A stretch of DNA of 64,000 nucleotides from Camelus dromedarius (taxonomy: Eukaryota), in the NCBI RefSeq assembly GCF_036321535.1, contig NC_087472.1, forward strand, positions 101,868,001-101,932,000, written 5' to 3'. This document shows, piece by piece, positions 13,391 to 27,181 of the stretch (positions are counted from its first letter, which is position 1; each line of letters begins with the position of its first letter). The notes under the pieces were generated by a model. It was given only the letters and a program-made list of their open reading frames with translations. It had not been told where the DNA came from and did not search any database. The position numbers and the translations under genes are program-made.

Positions 13391-15499
13391 CATTGGGACT
13401 AGTCATATGGGCATACCATGAGATAAGCTGGTGATCACATGAAAGAAATTTCTCTCAGGCCTAAGATAAGAGGATAAAAAAAGGGCTCATCATAGGGAAG
13501 GGGGGACTTGACAGACAGACAGGTATTCTGTAGAAACACAATAAATATCCATTATGTGTCAGACACTGGACATGGGAGCCAGGGACACAAAGGCCAATAA
13601 CACTTGGGCCCTGACTCCAAAGAACTCACAATCTAATGGAAAATACACTGAATAAACACATGACGTCAATCCCACAAACATTTACTGAGCACCTACCACG
13701 AGCTATTTAACGCCATGCTAGGAGTTGAACCAGGCAAAACATAATTACTGATCTTTTCATCGTTCTTCATAGAAGGGCACATACTGCTCACTTATGAGCA
13801 GAATCCATAACCAGGGGGTTGGCTGGGGGATAACACCCCACGGCCCTCTCACCACATGGTAGCACTACTGTCTTCAGAATGTTGCAGTCTTCTCCCTGAG
13901 CTGGTCTCAGACTGGCTGACTTACCCTGGAAGATCCTGACCAGTATGGCATCTTGTAAACAGTAGGTGCTCCCAAAAGATGAACTAGCAACAGCCACATC
14001 CTCAGCTCCATTAGGCAAATGCCTGGCTCGCAGAAAGGGTGAGATGATAACATGTCTTCATACACAGTTCAGATCAACAGGTCATCAAGTAGCACACTAT
14101 CTGAATTAAGCACACCATGAGGCTGTCATGGGCGGTAACAGAGGCAGGATTGAATTCCTACCTGAACATTGGCAAAAGAATCCCTCCCAAAAGCAACATC
14201 AGTATTCCTCAGAGAGCACCTGCTTTTCAGAGTCTTTCCTAAGATCACATGGACCAAGTGTCACTTCTTCATGTGAACCTCACACAAGGGACCTTAGGCC
14301 AGATCCTAAAAGGCCCGTAACTTCTCTGTTAGAGAAAAACTGGGTTATCTTCCCTAAGAGAGAAAGCACAGAAGCCATCCAAATTGTTTGGGCTTCTTTT
14401 TTATTACTATTAGGAAAAGTGAGAAACTGGAAGAAGGCTTCAAAATATGGTTTATAGGGAGGGTGAGGGGAGAGCCAAAGAGGAAAACAGAAAATGGTAT
14501 TAATAAACAACATTCTGATGGCAGAAGAGGAAACACCACAATCTCCCCCTAACTCTGGATTTACAACATTAATCTTTTAATATGGAAAGGGATTTGCTGA
14601 GACAGATATCAACACAGATTCTATTAGATGTCGGTCACGCTCTGCTTCTGAGAAAACGATGCATGGGAGACAATGCCAGAAAATGTGGGTTTCCCAGGTA
14701 TACCTGAGCCAGTGGGAGGGAGGGGGGGAGGCTTAGGAACTGACATTAGCCATCCTTTCCTCTGCAAAGATACCTTCTTTGTGCTGTTAGGGTTTTGATG
14801 CTATAAATTCTGTTTTAGGTTCCAGGGGGTGAGGAACTCATCCTGACCCCCTCTTCCCCTTCCTACATCCTCCCACATGAGAGCCCACTTTTAGCTTTTC
14901 CATCCTCCTCTATGCTGGCAAAACCCATAAGCCAGGCTATGACAGACCTGGGCAAACTACAGCCTTTGTCTTTAATTAGGTAGGACAGCAAGGTTAATGT
15001 CAGCTTTCTGTCTGAGAGAGGGCGGGAGAGAGTGTTAAAGATTCCTGGGAATACAGCACTAGGGCTTGCCAGCGAGTGTGCACATGGGTATTTATTGAAA
15101 CATCCCAGCCCAGGGCCCTTTTTGTTTTGTTTTGTTTTAATAAGAAAGAGTCCCATGGCACTACCCAGACCGTGTTGTAATGAACGGGGATGTGGGGCGC
15201 TGCAACTTGGAAATCGTTGCAGTTGTCTTTGGTTTTCTCTGCTGACGCTCAGAGGGAGGACACAACCCACAGAGCACAGGATCTAAACCAGGGGAGGATC
15301 TTGTGGTAGCTTCTTGCAGCCCCGCTTGTTTAGACAGGAAAATAAACGGCCAGCGTAGAGAGGTAAGGTCAGTCAGCAGACGTATTTTCCAGTCTCGCTA
15401 ATTGCAAGCTCCGAGGGAACCTTCTGGAAAATAGTTTGCAGATTCGAGCAATGGGACCCGAGGTGGCAATGGCAAGCATAGAAGAGCAGCCACGTGGGC

Positions 15500-15650
15500 T
15501 TGGGAAAGTCATCTAAGCGATGCGAGCCTCGGTTTGCTCATCTGTACAGCAGACATAATAACCCTCAGCTTTCTTACCTCACCATGCTGTTATGAGAGTG
15601 AAGTGAGATAAGGGGTGGGAAAGCTCTTTGGAAAATTTTAGAGCCACCCA
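15500..15650 (+). mobile_element. MIR SINE
   Basis: gagcctcggtttgctcatctgtac...gagtgaagtgagataa core. Confidence 0.7.
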
Positions 15651-16334
15651 TAATCAAGGAGTTATTATATCCCAGCTCATCCAGAAGTTGAGTCTTTGGA
15701 GGCTAATTTTCCAACTAGATTGTCAGTCACCAGTAGCTTTCACCGCGTGGGTCTCCTGCATCTTCCTAGCCATGTGGGGAATGAGGTTTTGCACTCGTAG
15801 GGGGCTGGGTTGTGGGAGAAGCCCGGGTGGACACTTCAATCAGAAGGGAGCATGGCCTCAGGGATGCTCTGACCGTGGAGGAGAGAATGGCCACGTCACA
15901 TGAGCTACACACCTGCTCCCTCCCAGGCAGGAAAGTGACAGGCAGCCAGGCACATGCCCAGGCATGCCACCCGCTTCCTCACAGACCTGGGAGCACTGTG
16001 TGAAAAAAGCTGACACAATTACATTCTGCACAATCAAAGAAGCAGTCCTCAATCCTCCTCTGTTATCTTTTCCTCTGTTCCCTCTGGGAAAATACATTTT
16101 AGTATTAATACAACTCTCTTTCCCTGGAGGACTCGGAAGGGTAGCACCTCGCTGTCTGGGTGCTAGATTCCCAGACGACACTGCCCTTCCTTCCGCCACT
16201 GTCTGTAATACTTCCAAGGTGCCCAGGATGCTGGAATCCACTGGGCTCTTTCTCTGAGATCTGTTATCACACGTCCCTCCTGATGAGTAAACCGAAATCA
16301 CCTAAGAATCAAGATAGTGCCTAGAGCATAATGT

Positions 16335-17370
16335 TCCTTCATTTAATGAATTCAACAAATATTTAACTCAGTTCCCACCACATTCGAGCAAGTACTGGTG
16401 TGTCAGAGACCAGCTACTCACTCACTGCTGAATGACATTTCCTGGCAACCTCTGCAGTTTTATGTGGTCATATGACTGAATTCTGGCCAACAGAATATGG
16501 GTAGATGTTAAGCACACAACTTGCAGGCATGACCCATAAAACCCCTCCTATATGATCTCCGCTGTCCCTTCTCCAATGTGCCTCTCAGACACAGACTCAG
16601 AAAGAGAGAACGACAGTCCTATGGATGAGAAAGCTACAAAACCAAAGGGGCCTAGATTTCTGAATAACCGTGTGGAAGGCCATCTACTGAACATCCACAA
16701 TGAATTATCATGTAAACAAGAAATACAACTTGTGGTGTATTTAGTCCCTTAGATGTTTGGGGCTCTTTGTTACAGAAATTAGTCTACCCTGACTAAAACA
16801 ACTGGGAGTACAATGGGGAACAAGACACGGTCCTTGATCCTATGAGGTTCTCCATTTAGTGGAGGAGCACAAAAACAGGTAACTACAACAGAGTGAAATA
16901 ACTGGCGTGGAGAGGGAGAGACAGAGGGCAGTGGCAACTGGCTTGATGAGGGGGTTAGTCACCAAGGCAACTAGGAGAAAGGAGGAGGGTATGAAGGTCA
17001 GGACCAGAGGAAGCTGTAGGAGCTACAGAGCTTGGCATATACAAGGAAACTGAATAACCTTAGGACTGGGGCCAGAGCAATGAGTCTAGGGAGACAGATG
17101 GAGAGATGAGGCTAGAGACAGGCTGGGACCAGACTCATATGGTCTTGAAAACCAATTCATTTAGATGCTATCAAAAGAGCAATAAGAAGCCACTGAAGAA
17201 TGTGAACTAGAGAGTGATGTGATTGGACTTGGGCCTTGCAAAATTCACTCAGTAGGAGTGTAGACAAGGGATTAGGGAAGAGCAAGACAGGCAAACACAA
17301 TGACCAAATGGAAACCTCTTCCACGGACCAGACCCATGGGCACTGACAACAGCCTGGATCCCACCCACCA
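16335..17370 (-). mobile_element. L2 fragment interrupted by an MLT1 LTR
   Basis: ttcaacaaatatttaa at 16351; L2-like sequence resumes at ~16800. Confidence 0.7.
16400..16800 (+). mobile_element. Old MLT1 LTR
   Basis: acatttcctggcaacctctgcag...tgtggtcatatgactgaattctggccaa...accctgactaaaaca. Confidence 0.75.
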
Positions 17371-18887
17371 TGACCCCAAGCCTTGGCCACAGCCTTGGAC
17401 TGTCAGCCATCTTCTCTAAGGGCCCAATCTCCACAGTATCACTTCTCCCTGGCCCTGGGTCTCCACCTTCCCTCTTACTGCCAGCCTGTCCTCCAGGTCC
17501 CAGTATGCCTCTCAGCAAAGCCCATGGGGGCTTATGCCACCAAGGAAGAGGCTGTTCTATTCCATTTGACACTCTTCATAAACAAAGCTCATTAAACATC
17601 CAGCATGATACCATGAGACAAGTCACTCTGAAAACAAGGACAGGCCAGTGAGGTGTTCTTCACCACAGCCTTAGCAGCCAGACACAAACAGCCTGGCTGA
17701 AAGATAGGCAGCACCTGTCTAGAAGGGCAGGGACAATCACTACAGAAATGTTGCTAAAATAGCTGGACCTGTCAAGGCAGCCCTGGAAACAGAAGGCACT
17801 CGGAGGAGGGAGCTTCAATCCGAGGGATCCACTCAGACAACCTGGTTCCCAAGCAGAGCTCGGGCCCCTCGGCACAAAGGAGCAGCTGTGGCTGGAGTGA
17901 AGGACACTTCGAGGCAGCCAAGAAGAAAAAGATCAAGAAGGGCCCAGGGCAGATTTCTATTTAAAGCACAATCTTAAAAGGGATAGATTCTTATTTTTAT
18001 TCATCCCATGTCCAAGTGCAAAGAAACAGCAGTTTATTTCCCACATTCATCTCCTGCTCCCCTTTTAATGACCATACAGATCTGTCATTCCATTGGTGAG
18101 ATGCTAAAACGCTCAAGGCTGCCCTGTCTTTACTTCCCTCCCCAGCGTTACTCACAGAAGCTGGGCTACATTCACCAGCAGGAATGTGCCCCGTAGCAGT
18201 ACTTTCGAGCTGGGAATGTATCTCCAAGAACAGTGGGAAGAAATGAGCCAGGCTTGCGCTCAGCAGAGATCCCAAATCCACGCCCCCTCGAGCTGGGCTC
18301 TGAGCCTGCAACCCTTCTCCTAGTCCTTGTCAGCCCTTGCAGCAGAGGCTGGAGAGCGGGCCCACACACCTGTTTCTCTTTTCCTCTCGGACACGTAGGT
18401 AAACTGTATGCACCAATCTCTCCTGCAGGTTGGTATGGCCGTGGGACTGAGTTTCGGCCAGCGGAATGTGAGTGAAAGTGAACTTCCAGCTTTATATCCA
18501 GGCCTAGAATATAAAACTCTCAATCCTCTACTCTTTGTCCCCATCCAGCAGCTGGAAGAAGAGAGCGCCAAAGATCTCAATGAGGGCAGAGACAAAAGAT
18601 GGCAAGAACCTGGCTCCCTGCAACAGCATTTGGAGGAGACTCACTGAAGACAGCGACTTGACTAGGATCAGACAATTACATGAAAGAGAATTTTCTTGTG
18701 CTCAGCCACCGAAAGCTGGGGGCTGTTGGTTGCAATCTTTCCCCCAATCTCTTGAGTAAGGGTTCCAAATCGTTAACATTTTCCTCAAGTCCCCTAACAT
18801 CCCCTACCCCTGGCGGAGGACTTCAACTTATTTTGTTAACAGTTTTATTCAGGTATAATTTACACACAACAAAATTCACCCTTAAAA

Positions 18888-19926
18888 CAAAAAGACAACC
18901 TACGGAATGGGAAAAAAATTTTTGCAAATGAAACCGACAAAGGCTTGATCTCCAGAATATATAAGCAGCTCATACGACTTAATAAGAAACAACCAAACAA
19001 CCCAATCCAAAGATGGGCAAAAGATCTGAACAAGCAATTCTCCAACGAAGACATACAAATGATCAATAGGCACATGAAAAAATGCTCAATATCACTAATT
19101 ATCAGAGAAATGCAAGTGAAAACTACAATGAGTTATCACCTCACACCAGTCAGAATGGCCATCATTCAAAGATCTACAAATGACAAATGCTGGAGAGGCT
19201 GTGAAGAAAAGGGAACCCTCCTTCACTGCTGGTGGGAATGCAGTTTGATGCAGCCACTGTGGAAAACAGTATGGAGATTCCTCAAAAGACTAGGAATAGA
19301 CTTACCATAGGACCCAGGAATTCTGCTCCTGGGCATATATCCAGAAGGAACCCTACTTCAAAAAGACACCTGCACCCCAATGTTCATAGCAGCACTATCT
19401 ACAATAGCCAAGACATGGAAACAGCCTAAATGTCCATCAACAGATGACTGGATAAAGATGTGGTATATTTATACAATGGAATACTACTCAGCCATAAAAA
19501 CCGACAACATAATGCCATTTCCAGCAACATGGATGCTCCTGGAGAATGTCATTCTAAGTGAAGTAAGCCAGAAAGAGAAAGAAAAATACCATATGAGATC
19601 GCTCATATGTGGAATCTAAAAAACAAACAAACAAACAAAGCATAATACAAAACAGAAACAGACTCACAGACATAGAACACAAACTTGTGGTTGCCAAGGG
19701 GGTGGGGGGTGGGAAGAGATAGACTGGGATTTCAAAATTGTAGAACAGATAAACAAGATTATACTGTATAGCACAGGGAAATATATACAAGATCTTATGG
19801 TAGCTCACAGAGAAAAAAATGTGACAATGAATATATACAAGTTCATGTATAACTGAAAAATTGTGCTCTACACTGGAATTTGACACAACATTGTAAAATG
19901 ATTATAAATCAATAAAAAATGTTAAA
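18888..19926 (+). mobile_element. Young 5'-truncated L1 (ORF2 C-terminus + 3' UTR)
   Basis: ORF2 peptides incl. [18 protein letters not shown] and [25 protein letters not shown] + A tail; identical 17-bp flanks aaaattcacccttaaaa at 18871-18887 and 19927-19943. Confidence 0.96.
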
Positions 19927-20809
19927 AAAATTCACCCTTAAAATGTGCAATTCAATGGTTTTGAGCATATTTACAGAGTTGTGAAACCCCCACCACCACC
20001 ATCTAATTTTAGAACATCTTCATCACCTCTAAGAGAAACCCTAAACTCATGAGCGCTCACTTTCCTTTCCTCCTTGTCCTCCCAGCAGTAGGCAACCACT
20101 TACCTGCTTCATGTCTCAATAAATATGTCTGTTCTGGACATTTCATATCATTGAGCTCATACAATGTATTCTTATATGACTGGCTTCTTTTACTTAACAT
20201 AATGTTTTCAAGGTTTCTCCACATTAGAGTATGCATCAATCATTTTTATCATCTTTTATCACCTTTATTGCCAAATAATACTCCATTGCATGGATATACC
20301 ACATTTTCTTTATCCATTTATCAGCTGATGGACATCTGGGCTATTGGGATCTTTTGACTATTATGAATAATGGTGCAATGATCATTCATGTGTATGCTTT
20401 TGTTTGAACATGTTTTCAATTCTCTTGGGTATATAGTTAGGAGAATTACTGGGTCATATAGTAATCCTATGTTTAACATCTTGAGAAACTGCTAAAACTG
20501 TTCTCCAAAGCTACTGCACCACTTAACCTTCTCACCAGCAATGTATAACGGTTCCAATTTCTCCACATCCTCATCAACATTTGTCACTGTGTTTTTACTG
20601 TAGCCATCCTAACAGGTATGAAATGGTATCTTGTGGTTTTGATTTGCATTTTCCTGTGGACTAATGATATTGAGCATTTTTTATGTGCTTATGCCCACTT
20701 TTATGTCTTCTTCAGAGAAATGTCTATTCAAATCTTTAACAATTTAAAAAATTAAGTTGTCTTTTTACTGTTGAGTTGTAAGATTTTTAAATAACTCTAG
20801 ATACTAGTC

Positions 20810-21257
20810 TGCTGTGGGTTGAACTGTGCTCCCCTCCAAAAAAATATGTTGAAGTCCCAGCCCCCAGTACCTATGAAGGTGACTTTATTTGGAAACAGGT
20901 TCTTTGCAGATGTAATCAAGTAAAGATGAGACCATACTAGATTCGGGTTAGCCCTAACTCCAGCGACTGGTATCCTTATAAGAAGGCTATGTGAAGATAC
21001 AGGGACACTGAGACACACAGAGACAGAATGGAATCATGGGTCTACAAGCCAAGGAACACCAAGTATTGCTGACAACCACCAGAAGCTGAGAGGCAAAGAA
21101 GGATTCTTCCTTAGAGCCTTTAGAGGGAGTATAGCTCTGCTAATAACACCATGATTTTGGGCTTCGAGCCTCCTGAACCATGAAAGAACAAATTTCTCTT
21201 GTCTTAATCCACTCAGTTTGTGGTAGGTAGTTACAGCAGCCCTAGGAAACTAATACA
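20810..21257 (+). mobile_element. MLT1B/C-type solo LTR nested in old L1
   Basis: TGctgtgggttgaactgtg...ggaaactaataCA; flanks tagtc / aagtc. Confidence 0.88.
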
Positions 21258-22278
21258 AAGTCTCTTCTCAGATATTTGACTTGCAAATATTTTCTCCTAT
21301 TTTGTGGGGTTGACTCTTCACATTTTGTTCCTTGAGGGACAAAAGTTTTTAATTTTGATAAAGTCCTATTTATCTATTTTTTCTTTCATCACTTGTGCTA
21401 CTAGTGTCATATCTAAGAAATTACTGCCTACTCCAAGGTCATGAAGATTTACCCCTATATTTTCTCCTAAGAGTTTTATAGTTTTAACTCCTAAATTTAA
21501 ATCTATGATCCATTTTGAGTTAATTTTCATTGTGTTAATGTGGGGAAGGGAGGGGTTCAACTTCATTATTTTCCATATGGATATTCAGTTATCCCAGAGC
21601 CATTTGTTGAAAAGATGATCATTTCCCACATTTAATTATCTTAAAACCCTTGTCAAAAATCAAATGATCATAAAGGTAAGGACTTATTTCTGGACTCTCA
21701 ATTCTAGTTCATTGGTCTACGTTTATATCCTTACACCACTACCACACTGTCTTGATTATTGTTGTTTTATAATAAATTTTGAAACTGGGAAGGATGAGCC
21801 CTCCCACTTTGTTTTTTTTCAAGATTATTTTGCCTATGTTGGGTCCCTTGCATTTCCAAATGAATTTTGTAATCAGCTTGTCAATTTCTACAACAACAAC
21901 AAAAAAAACCCAAACAGCTGAGGTGTTAATATGTACTGAATTGAATCTGTATACCAACTGGGAAATATTGCCATCTTAACAGTATTAGGTGTTCTGATCC
22001 ATGAACATGGAATGTCTTTCCATTTATTTAGGTCTTCTTTATTTTCCTTTAATGATGTTTCATACTTTTCAGTATAGAAGTCTTACACTTTTGTAAAATT
22101 TATTCCTAAGTATCATTCTTTAAGATGGTATGTAAAAGGAATTGTTCTCTTAATTTCTTGTCTTTGTCTAATTGTTCCTTGTTAGTGTATAGAATGTAAT
22201 TGATTTCTGTATACTGATCTTGGTAAATTCATTTATTGGTTCTAAAGCTTGCTAAATTCATTTATTGGTTCTAACAGT

Positions 22279-22283
22279 TGTGT

Positions 22284-22318
<35 letters not shown>
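22279..22318. repeat. (TG)n microsatellite
   Basis: Direct reading. Confidence 0.95.
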
Positions 22319-22319
<1 letters not shown>

Positions 22320-23221
22320 ATTCCTTAGGAATTTCTATATACAAGATCATGTCATCTGTGAATAGAGATACTTTAACTTCTCCCTTTCCAATCTGAATGC
22401 CTTTTTTTCTTTCCTAACTGCTCTGGCTAGACTCTCCAGTATAATGCTAAACAGAAACAGCAAGAATGGGCAGCCTTGTCTTGCATCTCATCTTAGGGGG
22501 AAAATCATTCAATTTTGCACTACAAAGTATGACGTCAACTGTGAGTTCTTCATAGACGTCCTTTATCAGGTTGAAGAAGTTCATTTCTATTCCTAGTTTG
22601 TTCAATGCTTTTGTCATGAAAGGGTACTGAATTTTCTTGAATGCTTTTTCTGCATCTACTTAGATGATCGTGTGGCTGTGCCTTCTAATTACAGAGATAA
22701 TAATGACCACTGAAAAGAAATCCAATTTCCAGCTCGCTTCCCCATCATGTTTCATTGTAGTAATCTGTTTGCCTTTCTTTGTTCCCTTCCAGCTGTGAGT
22801 TACCTGAGGCTAGGGGCCCACCTTGGTATACTCAATATCTAGTGACATGTCTAATACAGAGAAGTCATTCAATAAATGTTTGTGGAAATGATGAGAATGA
22901 ATTCATTCCTCAGAGGCATCTAAAAGAACCAGTGTGACCAAGAGCTAAAGGATCCTTTCCATGAAAAGGGCTGTTGATGGCAAGACTGTGATTGGGATTA
23001 AGGTAGAAATGTTTTTAAGGTACAGTGTCACTTACCAGAAGTAATAAATACCATCTGTCTCAAACACAAAGAATTAAAAAACTCAAGTAGGCAAGAGGCC
23101 TCATAGTATATAGAGTCATAGCTATAGTCTTCTTATAAAGATGGCTTTGGAACCAGATAGCATTTTCAAACATCTATTTTTCCAATGCCCAAATTAAGAA
23201 GACAAAGTAGTAACAGTATAT

Positions 23222-23688
23222 TCGTGGTAGATAGCAAAAGGGCAACAATTCTTCTATTCCTGTATCCACACCCCTTAGAATTCTCCAGTGAAGAAGCAGA
23301 GTCTTTTTCTCCACCTCCTGAGTTTGAGTTGGTCTTATGATTTGCTTTGACCAGCCCTAAGCCTAGGCCTCAAGAGGTTATGTATCCTTCCCTGCTCTGC
23401 TGGAATCCTGCTGCTGCTGAGAGATTCCAGACTCAGTTACTTGATTACCCCAGCCAATTCCTAGCCATCTCTCAGATGGAAGGCCACCTTAGACCAGCCT
23501 GTTGTAAGGTGACTGGCCAGCTGATCAACAACTCATCACCAACATGAGTGTGCTTAACTGAGACCAGAAGAACCACCCAGCTGAGTCTAGCCCAAATTGC
23601 CAACTCATAGAATTATGGGCTAAATAAATGGTGGTTAAGCCATTAAGTTTAGGGGCTATCTGTTACAAAGCAAAAGCTAACTGATACA
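23222..23688 (+). mobile_element. MLT1 (F/G/H-like) LTR
   Basis: gcagagtctttttctccacc...ccagctgagtctagcccaaattgcc...agctaactgataca. Confidence 0.75.
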
Positions 23689-24724
23689 GAGGTAATGTCC
23701 ACATAAATTAGAAGACCAGGTCTATTCCTGGATAGTTAACTAACCAATTTTACAGCCTTGGCTAAGTCACTCTACCTTTTTGGACCTCAATTTCTAAACC
23801 AGAGAAACAAGGAAAGAAAGTAGACCAGTTCAGTGTTTTGCAAATATCATTAAGCTGACAAGGCCTTTCCACAAAGGATACTCTACAAGGAACCTCAGAT
23901 GAAATAGATGAAAAGGGACCTGCTCTGGCTCTTGAGGAAGTTAAATCTCATCTGTTCAGCTTTCCTCTAACTCACCCCCTCTTTCTCCCCACCTCCACTC
24001 CCTGAAATGGCACCCCAGCAATCTGTGGATAAAGTCTGGAATGTATTTTGCCATTCAGTTTTTTCTAAGTTTTCTTAGGGGCTAACATTCTACAATTCCA
24101 GGCGTGAAGGGGAGACTTAGTTTTGCATGAATCAAGCCAGGTTGGCTCCTTGAGTAGCACTGTCCAACTATGTGGTAATTAGTTGTTTACTTGTCTGTCT
24201 CCTCCAACAGACTGTGAGCAATTCAGCTACAAAGACTGCTCTTCCTCCTTTTAGAGGTCCTTCCCCTACCCCTATGCGTACCACAGGCCCCTTAATACAA
24301 AGCATCTAGCCAAGAAATACCTTGTGAGTGGATGCTTAGATAAACTGATGGGTAGATGGGTAGATATACAGATGGATGGATGGAAGGAAGAATGAATGAA
24401 CAAATGATCACATGAATGGATAATTCATCAGATAATAAATGAATAAACAAATGAGCACATGAGTAACTTTGATATTTTTTCACAATGTTTCAAAGATAGA
24501 ATCAATTTAGCCTTCTCTCTTAGCGGAAGACCAGGGCTCCAAATAACATTTTTAGCATTGTCTGATTACTCTCAGCAAAAATCTTGCAACAACAGTAACT
24601 AAATGAGCACATCTTGAAGAGCAACCCCCGTTATTTTCTCAGATTTCCTATCATTAATTCCTTTCAAGGACAGGAAGCATCTCTCCTCATGCCACAAGTC
24701 TGAAAACGCCAGCCAGCCTCCCCT

Positions 24725-24755
24725 CAACCCCAACCCTAACCCCAACCCCAACCCC
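24725..24755 (-). repeat. (TTGGGG)n/(TTAGGG) telomere-variant mini array
   Basis: Plus strand caaccccaaccctaaccccaaccccaacccc. Confidence 0.85.
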
Positions 24756-25651
24756 ACGGATCACCCTCCCCCACTTGGCAGTTGGCATACATGCCCGAGG
24801 ATTTACTTGCACGCTACATAAACAGAACCTTCTGCAAAATTTCTGCCTCACTTGTCCACCAATGGTTTTCCCAGAGAAAGATCACTTCATATGCCACCCA
24901 CTTTGGCTGTGTGGCCATGATGAGGGTGGGGTTCCTGGGGCCGGCCTGCAGATTTCCAGCTGTGTGCTGAGAGCAGGAAGCCCATGGGGAAGTGCATTGG
25001 CTCAGACCAAGGATTTTCCTGTCCTTATTTAAAGCTTCTGCTTCCTGCTCTAAGTTCTTAATGACTACCTTCCATTTAAAAGCATCTTGAGCTTTAAAGG
25101 AGGCTAAGTTCAACAGTACTGTAAGTCAAGATAATCTGGCCAGAAAGTAGTCTGATGAATTTAGTATCTTTTTTTTTTTTCAAGGTGGGGAATGAGCATG
25201 AAAAAATGCAATCTGGAACAGAAATAGAAATAAATCCCAGAGAACTGATGCAACATCACTGGGATAAAGCCGTAAGTAGGGATGCTTGGTCATCTTTTGA
25301 GTTTGAAGAGATTAAAGTCATGTTTCATATTCTTGTTATTCTGTTATTTAAACTAGGTTTCTCAACGGATATATGTCCTGCCATAATGTTCTTTAAAGTT
25401 CCCAGAACACTCTGCATGCACAATAATTATGGTGTAGAGTAGACATCTTATTTTATACCATCAGTCTATTCCTTAAAAGTCACAGGGCATCAAATTGTTT
25501 TGCAATGGAATCATTATGTCATTTGAAAACTTTCATTACCCTTTGTATTACAAAAGTAACATGGAGAAGCAAAAAGGATCTCCCTTCTCAAAAAAAAGAA
25601 AGTTATCTATAATCCCACATGCCAGAGATAACCACTGTTAACATTCTAGAG

Positions 25652-25974
25652 CAGTGTTTTTCAAACTATGGCTTGTGGCCCATTAGGAGATCATGAAATC
25701 AACTCAGTGGGTCACAATCAGCATCTTAAAAAATGAAACAGAAAAAAGGAGAAGAGGAGGGAAATAGAATTGGAATAAAGTAGAATACGGTAAGGGAGGA
25801 TAGAATAAGATAAAATAGTAAAGAAAAGAAAAAAATAAACATATCAGAATGCATCACATAGAAAAAAGTATGGTTAATAAAACTATTGTTTCAGCTACAT
25901 GCATCTACTGAGTCACAGATGTGAAACGTATTTCTCATTGTGGATCATGATCAAAACATATTTTAAAAGTACTG
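25652..25974. mobile_element. hAT-type non-autonomous DNA transposon within old L1 remnants
   Basis: Imperfect TIRs cagtgtttttcaaa / ttttaaaagtactg; internal aatagaa-rich tract. Confidence 0.65.
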
Positions 25975-27181
25975 ATTTGGTGTATATCCCTCCAGACATT
26001 TTCTCCTATATTCCTACATCTTCTTAATAAACATGCAATAGTCTGCATACTATTTAGTAGTAAGTCTTCTTAACTTTGGAATGTATCGTAAACATATTTT
26101 TGAGTTAATAAATACCTATTTGTATCATTTTAATGGCAGTAGACTATTTCACCATTCCAATATATAGTAATGTTTGCTGTACCAACAGAGAGTAATGCTG
26201 CTTATTCAATCAATTTTCCATTATCACTTAGGGTATTTCCAATAATTCTTAATTACAAGCAACACTGAGGCATCTATACATTCTTTTATTTTACTTACTT
26301 AGGTTTTCTTAGGTTAAATTCTGAAGTGAAATCTCTTGCATACTGTTTTTTAATATATTAATTTCGTAAAGGCCAACTGCCTACCAGAAAATTCATACCA
26401 ACTCCACACTTTGATCAGCAGCATCTGAAAATTACACCAATTCACATTTCCATCAGCAATGTCCGAAAGTACCCTCATGCCTACCCCATCCTCATTTCCA
26501 CCCCGAACCTGACCATTATCAGTTTCTCATTTTGGCCTATTTGAATAAACAGAAAAAATGGCAATTTATTTTAATTTGCATTGATTAGTTACCTGAGTTG
26601 AGGTCACTCACAGTTAATTTACACCTGTCTCCAAGCAACACTATGTAATACAAATAGGCAACCACTGAGCTAGAAAAGAATACTCTGTATCTTTTGGGTC
26701 TAGGTAGTAAAGGCCTTGATATATAAAATGACTCCTGCTACAGCAAATGCCTTATTTTATACAATCAGTATGCTCCCCAAAACTACTAAGTTACACCCGA
26801 ACAACTAATTAGTTACAGCCAGACATGTAGACACTGGCTCACCCAATTACACATGTTAACATCCAACATAGCCATATGCCTATGTCAGATGCATGGTAGG
26901 TACTTCTTGATTCATGGACCTTTCTGCCCAGAGGTCCCAATTCCAGCCCTTCCAAGCATCCCAGGTCCCACCTGGACATCAGTCATATGTTTTGTTTTGT
27001 TTTTTTGTCTCTGTTTCCCCATCATAAACTGTGAGACAGAAGGCTGTAACAGGGATGATAAGGTGGGAGGAACCAGGCCCCACACAGAGAGGAGCTGGGT
27101 AGGGTAAACAGAGGACCAAGACTGAAGACGGTGAGCCACATTTGAATCCTGGAAGAGGTCCTTTTAAACAGTGCGCTCTTA

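Larger units (their letters stand above)
18830..22680 (-). mobile_element. Old L1 (L1MB-like), host of the young L1 and an MLT1 LTR
   Basis: Reverse L1 3' UTR; minus-strand ORF2 remnants (KINSKWIIDLN, GGLILPSFKIYYKTTIIKTVW). Confidence 0.88.

Noticed and set aside
18945..19619. L1 ORF2-like ORFs as genes
   Set aside because: Fragments of a 5'-truncated, disrupted L1.
22224..22274. Short tandem duplication (22-bp unit, period 29); a similar one at ~40664-40705
   Set aside because: Ordinary slippage inside decayed L1 copies.
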